Source: Opitutaceae bacterium
GTDB taxonomy: Bacteria > Verrucomicrobiota > Verrucomicrobiia > Opitutales > Opitutaceae
Length of the DNA stretch: 64,000 bases
Direction: 5' to 3'
Assembly: GCA_044356555.1 (NCBI GenBank)
Contig: JBIKWB010000024.1
Location: 8,504-72,503 of the forward strand
Shown here: in pieces, positions 26,011 to 35,075 of the stretch
Position numbering within the stretch: position 1 is the first letter of the stretch
Layout of the letters: every line of letters begins with the position of its first letter
Translations under genes and position numbers: made by a program
The notes under the pieces: model-generated
What the model saw: only the letters and a program-made list of their open reading frames with translations
The model's database searches: none
What the model was told of the DNA's origin: nothing

Positions 26011-27672
26011 ATGTCACCCTCGCGCCCGCCCGCCTCCGCGAGCCCCCGCCTTCGTCTCTCCGGGCCTTCCGCGCTGCTCTCAGCACTCCTCTGCGTCTTT
26101 TTCCTCCCTGCCTGCGCCAAAAAAAATCCCACGCCCTCTTCCGACACCGCGCCCCAAGTCCTCCGGCTCAGCCAACGCAACGAACCCGCCGACCTCGACC
26201 CCGCCACCGCCACGCTGCCCGACGAATTCTTCATCATCCGCGCGCTCGCCGAGGGCCTCGTCACCGCCGGCCCCGACGGCCGCACCCCGCAGCCCGCCGC
26301 CGCCTCCCGCTGGGAAATCTCGCCCGACGCGCTCACTTACACGTTTTACCTCCGCCCCGAGGCTCGCTGGTCCAACGGCGATCCCGTCACCTCCGGCGAC
26401 TTCATCGACTCTTACCGCCGCATCCTGACGCCCGCCACCGCCGCGCCCAAAGCCTCTCTTTTTTTTCAGGTAAAAAACGCCCGCGCCTTCGCCGCCGGCA
26501 CTTTGACCGACTTTTCCTCCGTCGGTTTCACCGCGCCCGATCCCCGGAAACTCGTCGTCACGCTCGAGCACCCTACGCCCGCGTTTCTCCTCTACGTCGC
26601 CAGCGGCCCTTGGCTGCCCGTTCACCCGGCCACCGTCGCGAAGCACGGCCGCACGTGGACCCAGCCCGCGCATCACATCGGCAACGGGCCCTTCACCCTC
26701 GCCGAGTGGCGCCAACAACAACGCATCATCGTCAAAAAAAATCCCGCCTACCGCGCCGCCGCGGCCGTGCGCCTCGACGAAATCCAGTTTCTCCGCTTCG
26801 ACAGCGGCGATACCGAAGAGCGCGCCTACCGCGCCGGCCAAGTCGATGTCACGATGTCGGTTCCCGTTTCAAAACTTGAAACCTACACCCGCGACCGCCC
26901 CGCCGAGATCTTCCAAACGCCCCTCGCCGAGACCCGCTACCTTACCTTCAACACCCGCCGCTCGCCCCTCGACGATCCCAGCGTCCGCCGCGCCCTAAGC
27001 CTGGCCATCGACCGCGAAAAAATCACCGCCCTCGTTCTCCGCGGCGGCCAACTCCCCACCACGACCTTCCTCCCGCCGTCTTTGGTGGAGCCCGATCTCC
27101 GAACGGGCTCTCCGAATCCCACGCCCCAAGCCTCCACTCCCTCGCCCCTCGCCCACGCCCGCGAGGCGGCCGCCCTCCTCACCGCCGCCGGCTTCCCTGG
27201 CGGCAAGAACTTCCCCCGCCTTGAACTCACCGGCTGGTCGCAGACCCCCGTGCTCGAGGCGATCCAAGCCATGTGGAAATCCACCCTCGGGATCGACGTC
27301 GCGATCGCGCTCCGCGACGCAAAAGTCCACCTCTCCGCCCTCGGCACCGGCGACTACGACATCGGCTTCATCACTGAAATTCCCGACTTGGCCGATCCCG
27401 CCCCGTCGCTCGAGAATTTCACCACCGGCGCCCCCGGCAATTACCCCGGTTGGTCCGATCCCCGCTACGACGCACTCTTTGCCCCGCGTCCTCCAGCCTC
27501 TCCGCCCAAACTCGAAGCGGTCGCTGCCGAAGCCCTCCTAATCGAAGCCGCGCCGATCGCCCCGCTTTATTTCAACACGAAAAACTGGCTCAAATCCCCC
27601 CGCGTCCAAGGCTGGCAAGAAGACCCGTTCTGGTCCCGCGAATACGTCGGCGTATTTCTTACCGCGCCGTGA
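26011..27672 (+). CDS. Family-5 (OppA/DppA-like) peptide/solute-binding lipoprotein, paralog 2
   Basis: Lipobox FFLPAC. ASRWEISPDALTYTFYLRPEARWSNGDPVTSGD is collinear with paralog 1. Confidence 0.85.
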   Translation: MSPSRPPASASPRLRLSGPSALLSALLCVFFLPACAKKNPTPSSDTAPQVLRLSQRNEPADLDPATATLPDEFFIIRALAEGLVTAGPDGRTPQPAAASRWEISPDALTYTFYLRPEARWSNGDPVTSGDFIDSYRRILTPATAAPKASLFFQVKNARAFAAGTLTDFSSVGFTAPDPRKLVVTLEHPTPAFLLYVASGPWLPVHPATVAKHGRTWTQPAHHIGNGPFTLAEWRQQQRIIVKKNPAYRAAAAVRLDEIQFLRFDSGDTEERAYRAGQVDVTMSVPVSKLETYTRDRPAEIFQTPLAETRYLTFNTRRSPLDDPSVRRALSLAIDREKITALVLRGGQLPTTTFLPPSLVEPDLRTGSPNPTPQASTPSPLAHAREAAALLTAAGFPGGKNFPRLELTGWSQTPVLEAIQAMWKSTLGIDVAIALRDAKVHLSALGTGDYDIGFITEIPDLADPAPSLENFTTGAPGNYPGWSDPRYDALFAPRPPASPPKLEAVAAEALLIEAAPIAPLYFNTKNWLKSPRVQGWQEDPFWSREYVGVFLTAP

Positions 27673-27816
27673 TCGGCCGCCTCAGTCGTTCCGATTCCGC
27701 ATCGGCTCCCGGCCTTTCTACCTCCCGCCGGAACCCGCTGGGTTCGGATTTCGCGGAAATATTCCATGCTCCCGATTTTCAGTTTCCAGCGCGTGCGGCG
27801 ACCGCAGCCTGCCGCC

Positions 27817-28410
27817 ATGCGTTTCGTTTTCTTCACCCGCGCCCTCGCTTTCGCCGCAGCCGTTTCACTCGCGTTCAACGGCGTCGCGGCCGCCACCCGT
27901 GCGCCGATCTTGTTCTTCGACGGTCCTCTCGCCGACTTCGCCGACGAGGGCCTGCCTTACCGCCTCACCGCCGCGTTCCCCACCTCGCCCGACCCTATCA
28001 CGGGTTGGCTCGGGGCCGTCGACGCCCGCTGGACGGTCGGCACGGGCTTCGCCTCCGTCTACGACAACTTCGACACCGGTACCAACAGCGTGCGTGACCG
28101 CGGCCGCGACGGCCTGCTGCTCAACGCCGGTCGCCAAACCCTCTGGCCCGTGCCCGTGAAGTTGCCCGCCGGCTCTCTCCGCCTCGAACTCGAGGCCGGC
28201 CTCAACTATGCGACCCGCAGCCTACCCGCGAACGGCACTCATTTGAGTTTCTCTCTTTTCGCGGGCTTTGAGTGGTCCAACGCCTCGGACAATCCGCGCG
28301 AATGGATCGCCGGCATCCGTTGGTTCCACCTGTCGCACGGCGGTCTCTTTGGCGTAAACGGCGGCTACGACGGCCTTCTCTTCCGCGTCGGTCGCCGCTG
28401 GAATTTTTGA
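27817..28410 (+). CDS. Putative outer-membrane acyloxyacyl hydrolase / lipid A deacylase (PagL-like) beta-barrel
   Basis: Signal peptide from ATG 27817 (MRFVFFTRALAFAAAVSLAFNGVAA). The C-terminal AGIRWFHLSHGGLFGVNGGYDGLLFRVGRRWNF resembles the H-x-S-N-G ... terminal-F pattern of PagL-family barrels. Assignment is from memory of the motif only. Confidence 0.4.
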   Translation: MRFVFFTRALAFAAAVSLAFNGVAAATRAPILFFDGPLADFADEGLPYRLTAAFPTSPDPITGWLGAVDARWTVGTGFASVYDNFDTGTNSVRDRGRDGLLLNAGRQTLWPVPVKLPAGSLRLELEAGLNYATRSLPANGTHLSFSLFAGFEWSNASDNPREWIAGIRWFHLSHGGLFGVNGGYDGLLFRVGRRWNF

Positions 28411-28593
28411 ATTCGACGCCGCTGCCGCTCCGACCGCCCCTTGCTCTTCTCATCGTCGCCCGGCCGCACGGTCGTCGCGTAACTATCTCCTAGGGCGAAA
28501 AATCCCATCTCAGAGGTGGACAGAGAGCCCCCAGTTTCTAATGTGCAACTCCAGCAAAGTCACAACCCCTGTGAACGCCCAAACCCTGTCTCT

Positions 28594-31008
28594 ATGAACA
28601 CCAAAACCCACCTGAAAAAAGCCTGCTGCGCGTTCATCGCGCTCAGCACGCTCGCCCTCGCCCAAACCGCTCCCGTCGCCCCCGCGACGAGCGCAGAGTC
28701 CGAAACCGTCAAACTCACCGAGTTTACCGTGAAGGCCGAGCCCAACCGCGGCTACGCTGCCTCGGAGACCCTCACCGGCAGCCGCGTGCGCACGCAGATC
28801 GCCGACCTCCCCTACACCGTCAACGTCCTCACCAGCGAATTCTTCGAGGACTTCGGCATTTTTGAGTTCTCCGACAACCTCATCCAGGTCGGCGGCTTCA
28901 CCGGTCTCGACGTCGGCGGCGGCTTCAACCTTCGCGGCTTCGGTTCGACGTCCCAGCTCCGCGACGGCTTCTTCCGCCTCGGCCGCTATGGTTCCAGCAA
29001 CGTCGACCGCATCGAAATCATCAAGGGCAACAACGCCGCCATCTACGGCCGCACCTCTCCCGGCGGCATGATGAACATGGTCTCCAAACAGCCCCGGGCA
29101 AAAGAAAGCCAGCGGCTTTCGATCAACTACGGCAACGAGGGCACCCAGCGCGGCACGCTGGAGACCGCCGGTCCCGTGGCGCGCACCGCGCTCGGCAGCC
29201 TCAACTACATTTTCACGGCCTCCCATTTCCAAAAGGAGTTCGACATGGAGTATGCCCGCAACCGGAACCAGGAATACTACCTCGCCGTCAAAAATGACTT
29301 TCCCGACGGCTCGAGCCTCTTCATGTCCGCCGAATACTTCCTGCAGATCCGGCACTCACCCAACAGCTCCGCCCCGCTGGTCATCGACCAAAAGCGCACG
29401 ACCGACCTCTCCGACGACGTCGCCGTCGGCTACGCCAAGAATCTCGCCCGCTTCAACGCCCATGGACCCCGCAGCCAGCTCGACCGTGGTTCCTCCAACT
29501 ACGGCGCCGTCTACGACAAAAAATTCACCGATATCTTCAGCACCCGCATCGCGTCCAACTACTACCTCGCCCGCCGCTGGGACTATAACCAAAACAACAG
29601 CTGGGGCACCATTAACATCAACCCGCCGGCCAATGCCACCACCGGCATCGTTCCCCCCGTTACGTCCACCCGCGGTGCCGTCCCCAACACGACCCGCATC
29701 ATCGAAGACGGCGGCGGCCTGCAGGCCGACCTTCTCGCCCAATACAAAACCAATCGCGGCAAGATCGAGCACAAGACTCTGGTCACCCTTGATATCAACG
29801 ACTACTACCGCTGGGACCCTTCGCTCTCCTACGCCAACCCGAGCCATCCCAACCTCGTCGCTTGGAACGCCGCCGGATCGGGCCGCGTCGTGACGCTTGA
29901 TTCCAACCTCAACCCCACCAGTCCGATCACCTACTTCACCGCGCCGCTCGACCCCACCATCGGCGTAAAGACCCGGCATCAAAAGCGCCGCATCACCGTC
30001 ATCGGCGGTCTGCTTCGCCAACAAAGCTCCTTCATGGAGGGTCGCCTGCTCACCTTCGCCGGTCTTCGTTTCGACTCGGTTCGTTTCCGCGATCGCGACT
30101 TTATCGGCTTCGCACCTACGGCCACCGCTCCCATCCCTTACGTCACCGGCTCGATGATCGACAAGACGATCAACCTCACCAAGCCCAACCTCGGCTTTAA
30201 CTACAAACTCACGTCCAACCTGCGCATCTACGGCAGTTACAGCGAGAGCTACTTCGTTTCCCAGAACGACAACGCCGCCCAGCATTACGATCCCACCTTC
30301 AAACCCGAGGTAGCCGATGGTTACGACTACGGCTTCAAAGGCTCCTTCTTCGAGGACCGCCTCAACTTTACGGTCAGTGGCTACTACGCCAACCGTTACA
30401 ACGTCAGCGTCACCAACCTCGTTGAGACTCCGATCGGTTCGGGAAATTTTGTCCAAGTCAACGAGCGCGAAGGCGACCAACTCGTTCGCGGTTATGAAAT
30501 CGATGTCACCTACAAGGTGAACAATGAAGTCTCCACCGGCGGCAGCTGGGGCCACGTCTATTCCATCTACACCGACTTCGGCGAAGCGAATCCCGCTGCC
30601 ATCGGTCGCCGGGTCAACGGTGTCTCACCGCAAAACGGCAGCGTTTACGTGAAGTATGAGCCCAAAGGCGGCGCGCTCAACAACTTCTCCTTCAACGTCA
30701 GCGTCTCCCACCTCGCCCAAACGCCCACCGAGGCGCCCAACGCCGGTGATACGTACAGCACATCAGCGACCGGTGTCCGCACGGTCACCCGCTCCACCCG
30801 CCAATATGCTCTGAGCACCCCGTCGTTCACCCTCTGGAGTGTCGGCGCCCGCTACAAACTCCCCCGCACGGGCAATTTCGACCATACCCTCGCGCTCAAT
30901 ATCAACAACCTGTTCGACAAGGAATACCTCCGCGTCAATCGCCTCATCGGGGAAAAACAGGCGATCCTGTTCACCTACACGATCAATCGCTCCGGCTCGC
31001 GCCGCTGA
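28594..31008 (+). CDS. TonB-dependent outer-membrane receptor
   Basis: Signal peptide from ATG 28594. Plug region: TLTGSRVRTQIADLPYTVNVLT...FNLRGFGSTSQLRDGF...VDRIEIIKGNNAAIYGRTSPGGMMNMV. Long beta-barrel with a C-terminal aromatic-rich end. Confidence 0.85.
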   Translation: MNTKTHLKKACCAFIALSTLALAQTAPVAPATSAESETVKLTEFTVKAEPNRGYAASETLTGSRVRTQIADLPYTVNVLTSEFFEDFGIFEFSDNLIQVGGFTGLDVGGGFNLRGFGSTSQLRDGFFRLGRYGSSNVDRIEIIKGNNAAIYGRTSPGGMMNMVSKQPRAKESQRLSINYGNEGTQRGTLETAGPVARTALGSLNYIFTASHFQKEFDMEYARNRNQEYYLAVKNDFPDGSSLFMSAEYFLQIRHSPNSSAPLVIDQKRTTDLSDDVAVGYAKNLARFNAHGPRSQLDRGSSNYGAVYDKKFTDIFSTRIASNYYLARRWDYNQNNSWGTININPPANATTGIVPPVTSTRGAVPNTTRIIEDGGGLQADLLAQYKTNRGKIEHKTLVTLDINDYYRWDPSLSYANPSHPNLVAWNAAGSGRVVTLDSNLNPTSPITYFTAPLDPTIGVKTRHQKRRITVIGGLLRQQSSFMEGRLLTFAGLRFDSVRFRDRDFIGFAPTATAPIPYVTGSMIDKTINLTKPNLGFNYKLTSNLRIYGSYSESYFVSQNDNAAQHYDPTFKPEVADGYDYGFKGSFFEDRLNFTVSGYYANRYNVSVTNLVETPIGSGNFVQVNEREGDQLVRGYEIDVTYKVNNEVSTGGSWGHVYSIYTDFGEANPAAIGRRVNGVSPQNGSVYVKYEPKGGALNNFSFNVSVSHLAQTPTEAPNAGDTYSTSATGVRTVTRSTRQYALSTPSFTLWSVGARYKLPRTGNFDHTLALNINNLFDKEYLRVNRLIGEKQAILFTYTINRSGSRR

Positions 31009-31024
31009 TCGATTTTTCCGCGGG

Positions 31025-31342
31025 TCAAATCGCGCTTCCAAGGCGGGGACCAAAAGTCCCCGCCTTTTTTGCGCCCAAATTCAACCGTTCCCGCCTCGCC
31101 GCCGCCCGCCCCAACACCGCCCGACACAGGGCCTCTCCTCGATTAAAGTCCCGGCACGTCTGCGGCCGCGTCTCGTAGATCGTGCAGAGCATCGTCGCCG
31201 CATCCAGCGCCACACACGCTCCGTCACCCCGTTGATCCATGCAGCGCACGCCTTCGTGCTCAGTCGTCAAAGCCGCCTCCACCACATCCCCCGCGCGCAA
31301 TTCCACCACCAAGTGACAGCAACGCCCGCAACCGGCGCACAA
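31025..31342 (-). CDS. YkgJ-family cysteine-cluster protein (CxxCxxCC, UPF0153)
   Basis: ...PLCAGCGRCCHLVVEL...GVRCMDQRGDGACVALDAATMLCTIYETRPQTCRDF. The pattern matches E. coli YkgJ (CMTCGACC ... C.IY..RP..CR.F). The start is uncertain: TTG at 31342, or GTGs at 31438-31474 that would overlap the divergent gene. Confidence 0.6.
   Translation of the reverse strand: MCAGCGRCCHLVVELRAGDVVEAALTTEHEGVRCMDQRGDGACVALDAATMLCTIYETRPQTCRDFNRGEALCRAVLGRAAARRERLNLGAKKAGTFGPRLGSAI
31042..31070 (+). terminator. Rho-independent terminator after the TonB-dependent receptor gene
   Basis: Stem ggcggggac (31042-31050), loop caaaa, stem gtccccgcc (31056-31064), then tttttt. It lies inside the 3' end of the convergent YkgJ-like ORF. 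Confidence 0.75.
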
Positions 31343-31364
31343 TGGAATTTCGGGCAGATTTGTA

Positions 31365-32621
31365 ATGGCGCGCAGCCCGACGACTCCGGCGCCCGGTGGC
31401 GATCCTTTTGATTTCCTTCGCGCGCAACCCCGCGCCACGCTTCCGGTCAATCCCACCGTGGCCGCAGATTCCACCGCTTCCCATCCGCAACTTCACCCCG
31501 CCAACGCCCGTTGGCTGGCCACCGGCGCCGTCGCTTACCGCCGGATGCTCGCGCTCATCGACGCCGCCCACACCTCCATCCGCTGCGAAACCTACATCTG
31601 GGGCGACGATCGGGTCGGCACGCGGTTCCGGGCCGCCTTGATCCGGGCCGCCGCCCGCGGCGTGCGCGTTCAGGTCCTCGTCGATGGCGCCGGTTCCTCC
31701 GCGTTGCCCGCCGACTACTGGCGCGCCCTGCACGCCGCCGGCGGCACGGCGCGGGTTTTCAATCCGCTCACGTTCCGCCATTTTTCCATCCGCGATCACC
31801 GCAAACTCCTCCTCATCGACGATTACACTGCCATCACCGGCGGCTTCAACATCGCCGCCGACTACGATGGCGACGGCGTCACCGCCGGTTGGCGCGATCT
31901 GGGGATCGAACTCAACCACCCGCCCGCCCTCCGCCAACTCGCGCACTCCTTCGACGCGATGTTCACCGCCCACACCCTCCACCCTTGGTTGCTGCGCAAT
32001 CTGCCCCGGCGGAAGAACCGTTCCCCGCGTCACCCGCCGGCGGTCGGTCCCGTCCTCTTCAGCGGCCCGCATCTCGTGCGCAACGAGTTCAGCCGCCAGC
32101 TCCTGAAGCTCCTCAAGCACGCGCACCACGTCCGGCTCGCCTCCGCTTACTTCGTGCCCAGCTTCCGCCTGCGCCGCGCCCTGCGCGCCGTCGCCCGCCG
32201 TGGCGGCACCGTCGAACTGCTGCTCGCCGGCCAGACCGACGTGCCGATCGCCCAACTCGCCGCCCGTTCCCTTTACGGCCCGTTGCTCAAAGCCGGCGTC
32301 CGGATTTGGGAATACCAACCGCAGATCCTTCACGCCAAACTCGTCCTCGTGGATCACGCCGTTTTTGTCGGCTCCGCCAACCTCGACGCCCGCTCCCTCG
32401 CCATCAACTACGAACTCACCGTCCACCTCAACGACCCCACCCTCGCCGCCGAAGCCGCCGTCGCGTTCGCCGCCGACCTCAAACAATCCCGCGTCATCAC
32501 TTATCCGGAGTGGGAAAAAACCCGGACGTGGCTCACCCGCCTGCGCGGTGCTTGGGCCCGTTTTCTCATGACCAAAGTCGACCCTTGGCTCGCCCGCCGC
32601 CAGATGCGCGATCTGTCGTAG
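31365..32621 (+). CDS. Phospholipase D family protein, cardiolipin synthase (ClsB)-like
   Basis: Two HKD motifs: IRDHRKLLLIDDYTAITGGFNI and ILHAKLVLVDHAVFVGSANLD. GTG at 31458 is an alternative start. Confidence 0.8.
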   Translation: MARSPTTPAPGGDPFDFLRAQPRATLPVNPTVAADSTASHPQLHPANARWLATGAVAYRRMLALIDAAHTSIRCETYIWGDDRVGTRFRAALIRAAARGVRVQVLVDGAGSSALPADYWRALHAAGGTARVFNPLTFRHFSIRDHRKLLLIDDYTAITGGFNIAADYDGDGVTAGWRDLGIELNHPPALRQLAHSFDAMFTAHTLHPWLLRNLPRRKNRSPRHPPAVGPVLFSGPHLVRNEFSRQLLKLLKHAHHVRLASAYFVPSFRLRRALRAVARRGGTVELLLAGQTDVPIAQLAARSLYGPLLKAGVRIWEYQPQILHAKLVLVDHAVFVGSANLDARSLAINYELTVHLNDPTLAAEAAVAFAADLKQSRVITYPEWEKTRTWLTRLRGAWARFLMTKVDPWLARRQMRDLS

Positions 32622-32635
32622 CGCCCCCCCACAGA

Positions 32636-33184
32636 TCAACGCCCGGGCGTCTTCCGCACCATCCGCGCCATCGACTCTTCCGGGTTCAGCGCGGTCACCC
32701 CGTTTACCGGCACCCACGCGAGTTCCTTCGACTCGTTCACGGCGCGCACCAGCGGCTCGCTCGGGTCCGCCTCGATCATGAACCGCACATCGTAGTGCCA
32801 GTGCGCCGGGTCCGTCTTCCGGGCTGGGATCCAGTGCCGATCCACGTCGAAAATCTCCGCGCTCACCGGCCGCAGTCGCGTGAGTCCGCTCTCCTCGCTG
32901 CCTTCGCGCATCGCGACCGCGAGCAAATCCCCGTCGCCATCCGCATGTCCGCCGAGTTGCAGCCACTTTTCCAATTTCAAATGATGGGTGAGCAGAGTCC
33001 GCTCCCGCGCCGCATCAACGATCCAAGCCGATCCCGTCAGATGCCCCGGCACGCAGGCGCGCAACAAGCACCCCGGCTCCCTTTCGACAAAACTGATCGT
33101 GTCCGCCACCATCGCCGCCTCATGCGCATCGCTGACCCGCGCCGCATGGCACCGCAACAATCCCAAAATCAGTTCATGCTCCAT
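32636..33184 (-). CDS. NUDIX hydrolase
   Basis: From ATG 33184: MEHELILGLL...LQLGGHADGDGDLLAVAMREGSEESGL (Nudix box GGx5Ex7REUxEExGU). Confidence 0.75.
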   Translation of the reverse strand: MEHELILGLLRCHAARVSDAHEAAMVADTISFVEREPGCLLRACVPGHLTGSAWIVDAARERTLLTHHLKLEKWLQLGGHADGDGDLLAVAMREGSEESGLTRLRPVSAEIFDVDRHWIPARKTDPAHWHYDVRFMIEADPSEPLVRAVNESKELAWVPVNGVTALNPEESMARMVRKTPGR

Positions 33185-33408
33185 CCGCCCGACTAAGCCA
33201 GTTCCGCCACCGGGGGAAAGCCCGGATCGCACCTCCCGCCGCCGGACCCTCGCCCACATAGCCAAAATTACCGGCCGGTCCCTCGTTGCTGACGTCACCC
33301 AAACCGCCGACCCTTAAGGACCGAATCATCGACAACGCCACCCCAGCAACCGCCCACCTCCCTGGCCTCCGTCTTCTCTCCTCTGCCCTCAGATCTCCAC
33401 CCTCCTCC

Positions 33409-33990
33409 TCACCTCGTCTCAAACCACTTCGGCTCCGCCTTCACCGCGCCTGCCGCCTCAATCTGTGGAAATATCTCCGGGACCGTATTCGCCACGCGAA
33501 ACAGATCCATGTTTGCCGGTTTGAAGAATTTCTCCGCGAGCATTTTCTCAAAGAGACGGATGAGGTCGTCGTAAAACCCGTCTTGGTTCAAAAACACGCA
33601 CGGCTTCCGCACCACATCGAGCTGCCGCAGGGTGAGGATCTCCATGATCTCCTCGAGCGTACCGAAGCCGCCCGGCAGCGTCACAAACGCATCCGCCCGC
33701 GTCTCCATGAGCAACTTTCGCTCGCGCATCGTGATGACCGAAATGAGTTCGTCCGCCTCGTCGAACGCCAGCTCCCGCACCTTCATGAACTCCGGGATTA
33801 CGCCGACGACCTTTCCGCCGGCCGCCTTGGTCGCCCGCGCCACTGCGCCCATCAACCCCGTCTTGCCCCCGCCATAAACCAACCCCCACCCTTGCTCCAC
33901 CAGCAACGCCCCCAACTCCTCCGCGGCCGCATAATACTTGGGATCAAGCCGGTCGCTGGAAGCGCAATAGACGCAGAGGAGTTTGGTCAT
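33409..33990 (-). CDS. LOG family protein (TIGR00730-type nucleotide 5'-monophosphate nucleosidase / cytokinin riboside 5'-monophosphate phosphoribohydrolase)
   Basis: VYCASS...LVYGGGKTGLMGAVA...MRERKLLM...ADAFVTLPGGFGTLEEIMEILT, i.e. the PGGxGTxxE motif. Confidence 0.9.
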   Translation of the reverse strand: MTKLLCVYCASSDRLDPKYYAAAEELGALLVEQGWGLVYGGGKTGLMGAVARATKAAGGKVVGVIPEFMKVRELAFDEADELISVITMRERKLLMETRADAFVTLPGGFGTLEEIMEILTLRQLDVVRKPCVFLNQDGFYDDLIRLFEKMLAEKFFKPANMDLFRVANTVPEIFPQIEAAGAVKAEPKWFETR

Positions 33991-33999
33991 GGCTAAAAA

Positions 34000-34031
34000 G
34001 TTGAGAGCTGAGAGTTGAGCGTTGAGAGATC
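34000..34031 (-). repeat. Four tandem NCTCTCA heptads, second copy (reverse orientation; sense to the LOG gene)
   Basis: The plus strand reads gttgagagctgagagttgagcgttgagagatc. The minus strand reads gatctctcaacgctcaactctcagctctcaac, ending 9 nt before the LOG ATG (33990). Confidence 0.6.
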
Positions 34032-34951
34032 AAACCCAAAGCTCCGCACTGCTCCCGTCTCCTTTGTCGAATCCCAACTCACAACCTTCAACTCGCAGCC
34101 CGGCGCACTCCGCCCCCGGCGCACCCGCGCCCTATCGCGGCCGCCTCGCGCCTTCTCCCACCGGGCACCTCCACCTCGGCCATGCCCGCACGTTCTGGTT
34201 CGCCGCCGAACGCGCCCGCGCCGCCGGCGGCACTTTGTTTCTCCGCAACGACGATCTCGACGCCATCCGCTTCCGCCTCGATTTCGTCGCCGCCATGCTC
34301 GAAGACCTGCGTTGGCTCGGCTTCACCTGGACCGAACCCATTATCAACCAGAGCGAGCGGCTGCCACTTTACCGCGCCGCCCTCGCCCGCCTCCACGCCG
34401 CCGGTGCCATCTTTCCCTGCACCCGCACGCGCCGCGATGTCCTCGATGCCCTCGGCGCGCCCCACGAGGGCGCCGCGCCCGCACCCGATGATGAACCGAT
34501 CTACCCGCCCCAATTCCGTCCGCCCGCCGACGCCCCGCTCCCGCCGCTCTCCGACGCGCTCGCCGTCAACTGGCGCCTCCGCGTCCCCGAAGGCGAAACC
34601 CTCACGTTTCACGACAACTCCCTCGGTCCCCAATTCGCTACCGCCGGCCGCGACTTCGGCGACTTTCTCGTCTGGCGCAAAGACGGCGTGCCCAGCTACC
34701 AACTCGCCTGCGCCGTGGACGACGCCGATCTCCGGATCACCGAAGTGGTCCGCGGGGCCGACCTCGTGAAAAGCACCTTTCGCCAACTGCTCATTTTCCG
34801 CGCCCTCGGCGTGCCTGCGCCGCAGTTTTTTCACGCCCCGCTGATGCTCGACGCCGCCGGCGTGCGCCTCGCCAAACGCCACGACGCCCTCAGCCTCCGA
34901 ACCCTCCGCGAACAGGGCAAGACTCCCGGTGGAATCGTCGACGCTTTTTAA
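34022..34951 (+). CDS. gluQ: Glutamyl-Q tRNA(Asp) synthetase
   Basis: YRGRLAPSPTGHLHLGHARTFWFA...FLRNDDLD...DLRWLGFTW...NQSERLPLY... VWRKDGVPSYQLACAVDD...LAKRH (truncated GluRS catalytic domain, HIGH and KMSKS-like). The start is uncertain: TTG at 34022 or TTG at 34064. Confidence 0.85.
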   Translation: MRDQTQSSALLPSPLSNPNSQPSTRSPAHSAPGAPAPYRGRLAPSPTGHLHLGHARTFWFAAERARAAGGTLFLRNDDLDAIRFRLDFVAAMLEDLRWLGFTWTEPIINQSERLPLYRAALARLHAAGAIFPCTRTRRDVLDALGAPHEGAAPAPDDEPIYPPQFRPPADAPLPPLSDALAVNWRLRVPEGETLTFHDNSLGPQFATAGRDFGDFLVWRKDGVPSYQLACAVDDADLRITEVVRGADLVKSTFRQLLIFRALGVPAPQFFHAPLMLDAAGVRLAKRHDALSLRTLREQGKTPGGIVDAF

Positions 34952-34958
34952 CCTGCTT

Positions 34959-34993
34959 GTCATTGCGAGGAGCGCAGCGACGCGGCAATCCAT
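34959..34993. repeat. Short palindromic element gtcattgcgaggagcgcagcgacgcggcaatccat (the VIARS..ATRQS / ..LLAMT type unit)
   Basis: ATTGC...GCAAT arms enclose a GC-rich core. The reverse translation contains AALLAMT. I recognise this from memory as a unit that recurs in intergenic DNA of many unrelated bacteria. Confidence 0.4.
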
Positions 34994-35075
34994 CACCTCT
35001 CTCGCGGCGCAACGCGCCTCCTTAACAATTGTCTTCTCCGCGTAATCTGCGGCCAAAACTTCTGCTTCCCCCAAC

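Noticed and set aside
26119-26741. A8 (26119-26126, 26734-26741) and T8 (26459-26466) homopolymers inside the second binding-protein gene, considered as slipped-strand phase-variation sites
   Set aside because: Lys is often encoded AAA AAA in this window (for example 14614-14621 and 46421-46427), so such runs arise from normal codon choice. There is no contingency-locus context or repeat-length evidence.
28411-28593. Looked for a cobalamin riboswitch or other leader element upstream of the TonB-dependent receptor
   Set aside because: No B12-box-like sequence or extended pairing was seen by eye. A covariance-model scan would be needed to exclude it fully.
31260-33196. Long overlapping ORFs 31260..32966 (minus, 568 aa) and 31511..33196 (plus, 561 aa)
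   Set aside because: They are off-frame or antisense to the PLD and NUDIX genes and have extreme Arg/Pro content. No domain is recognisable.
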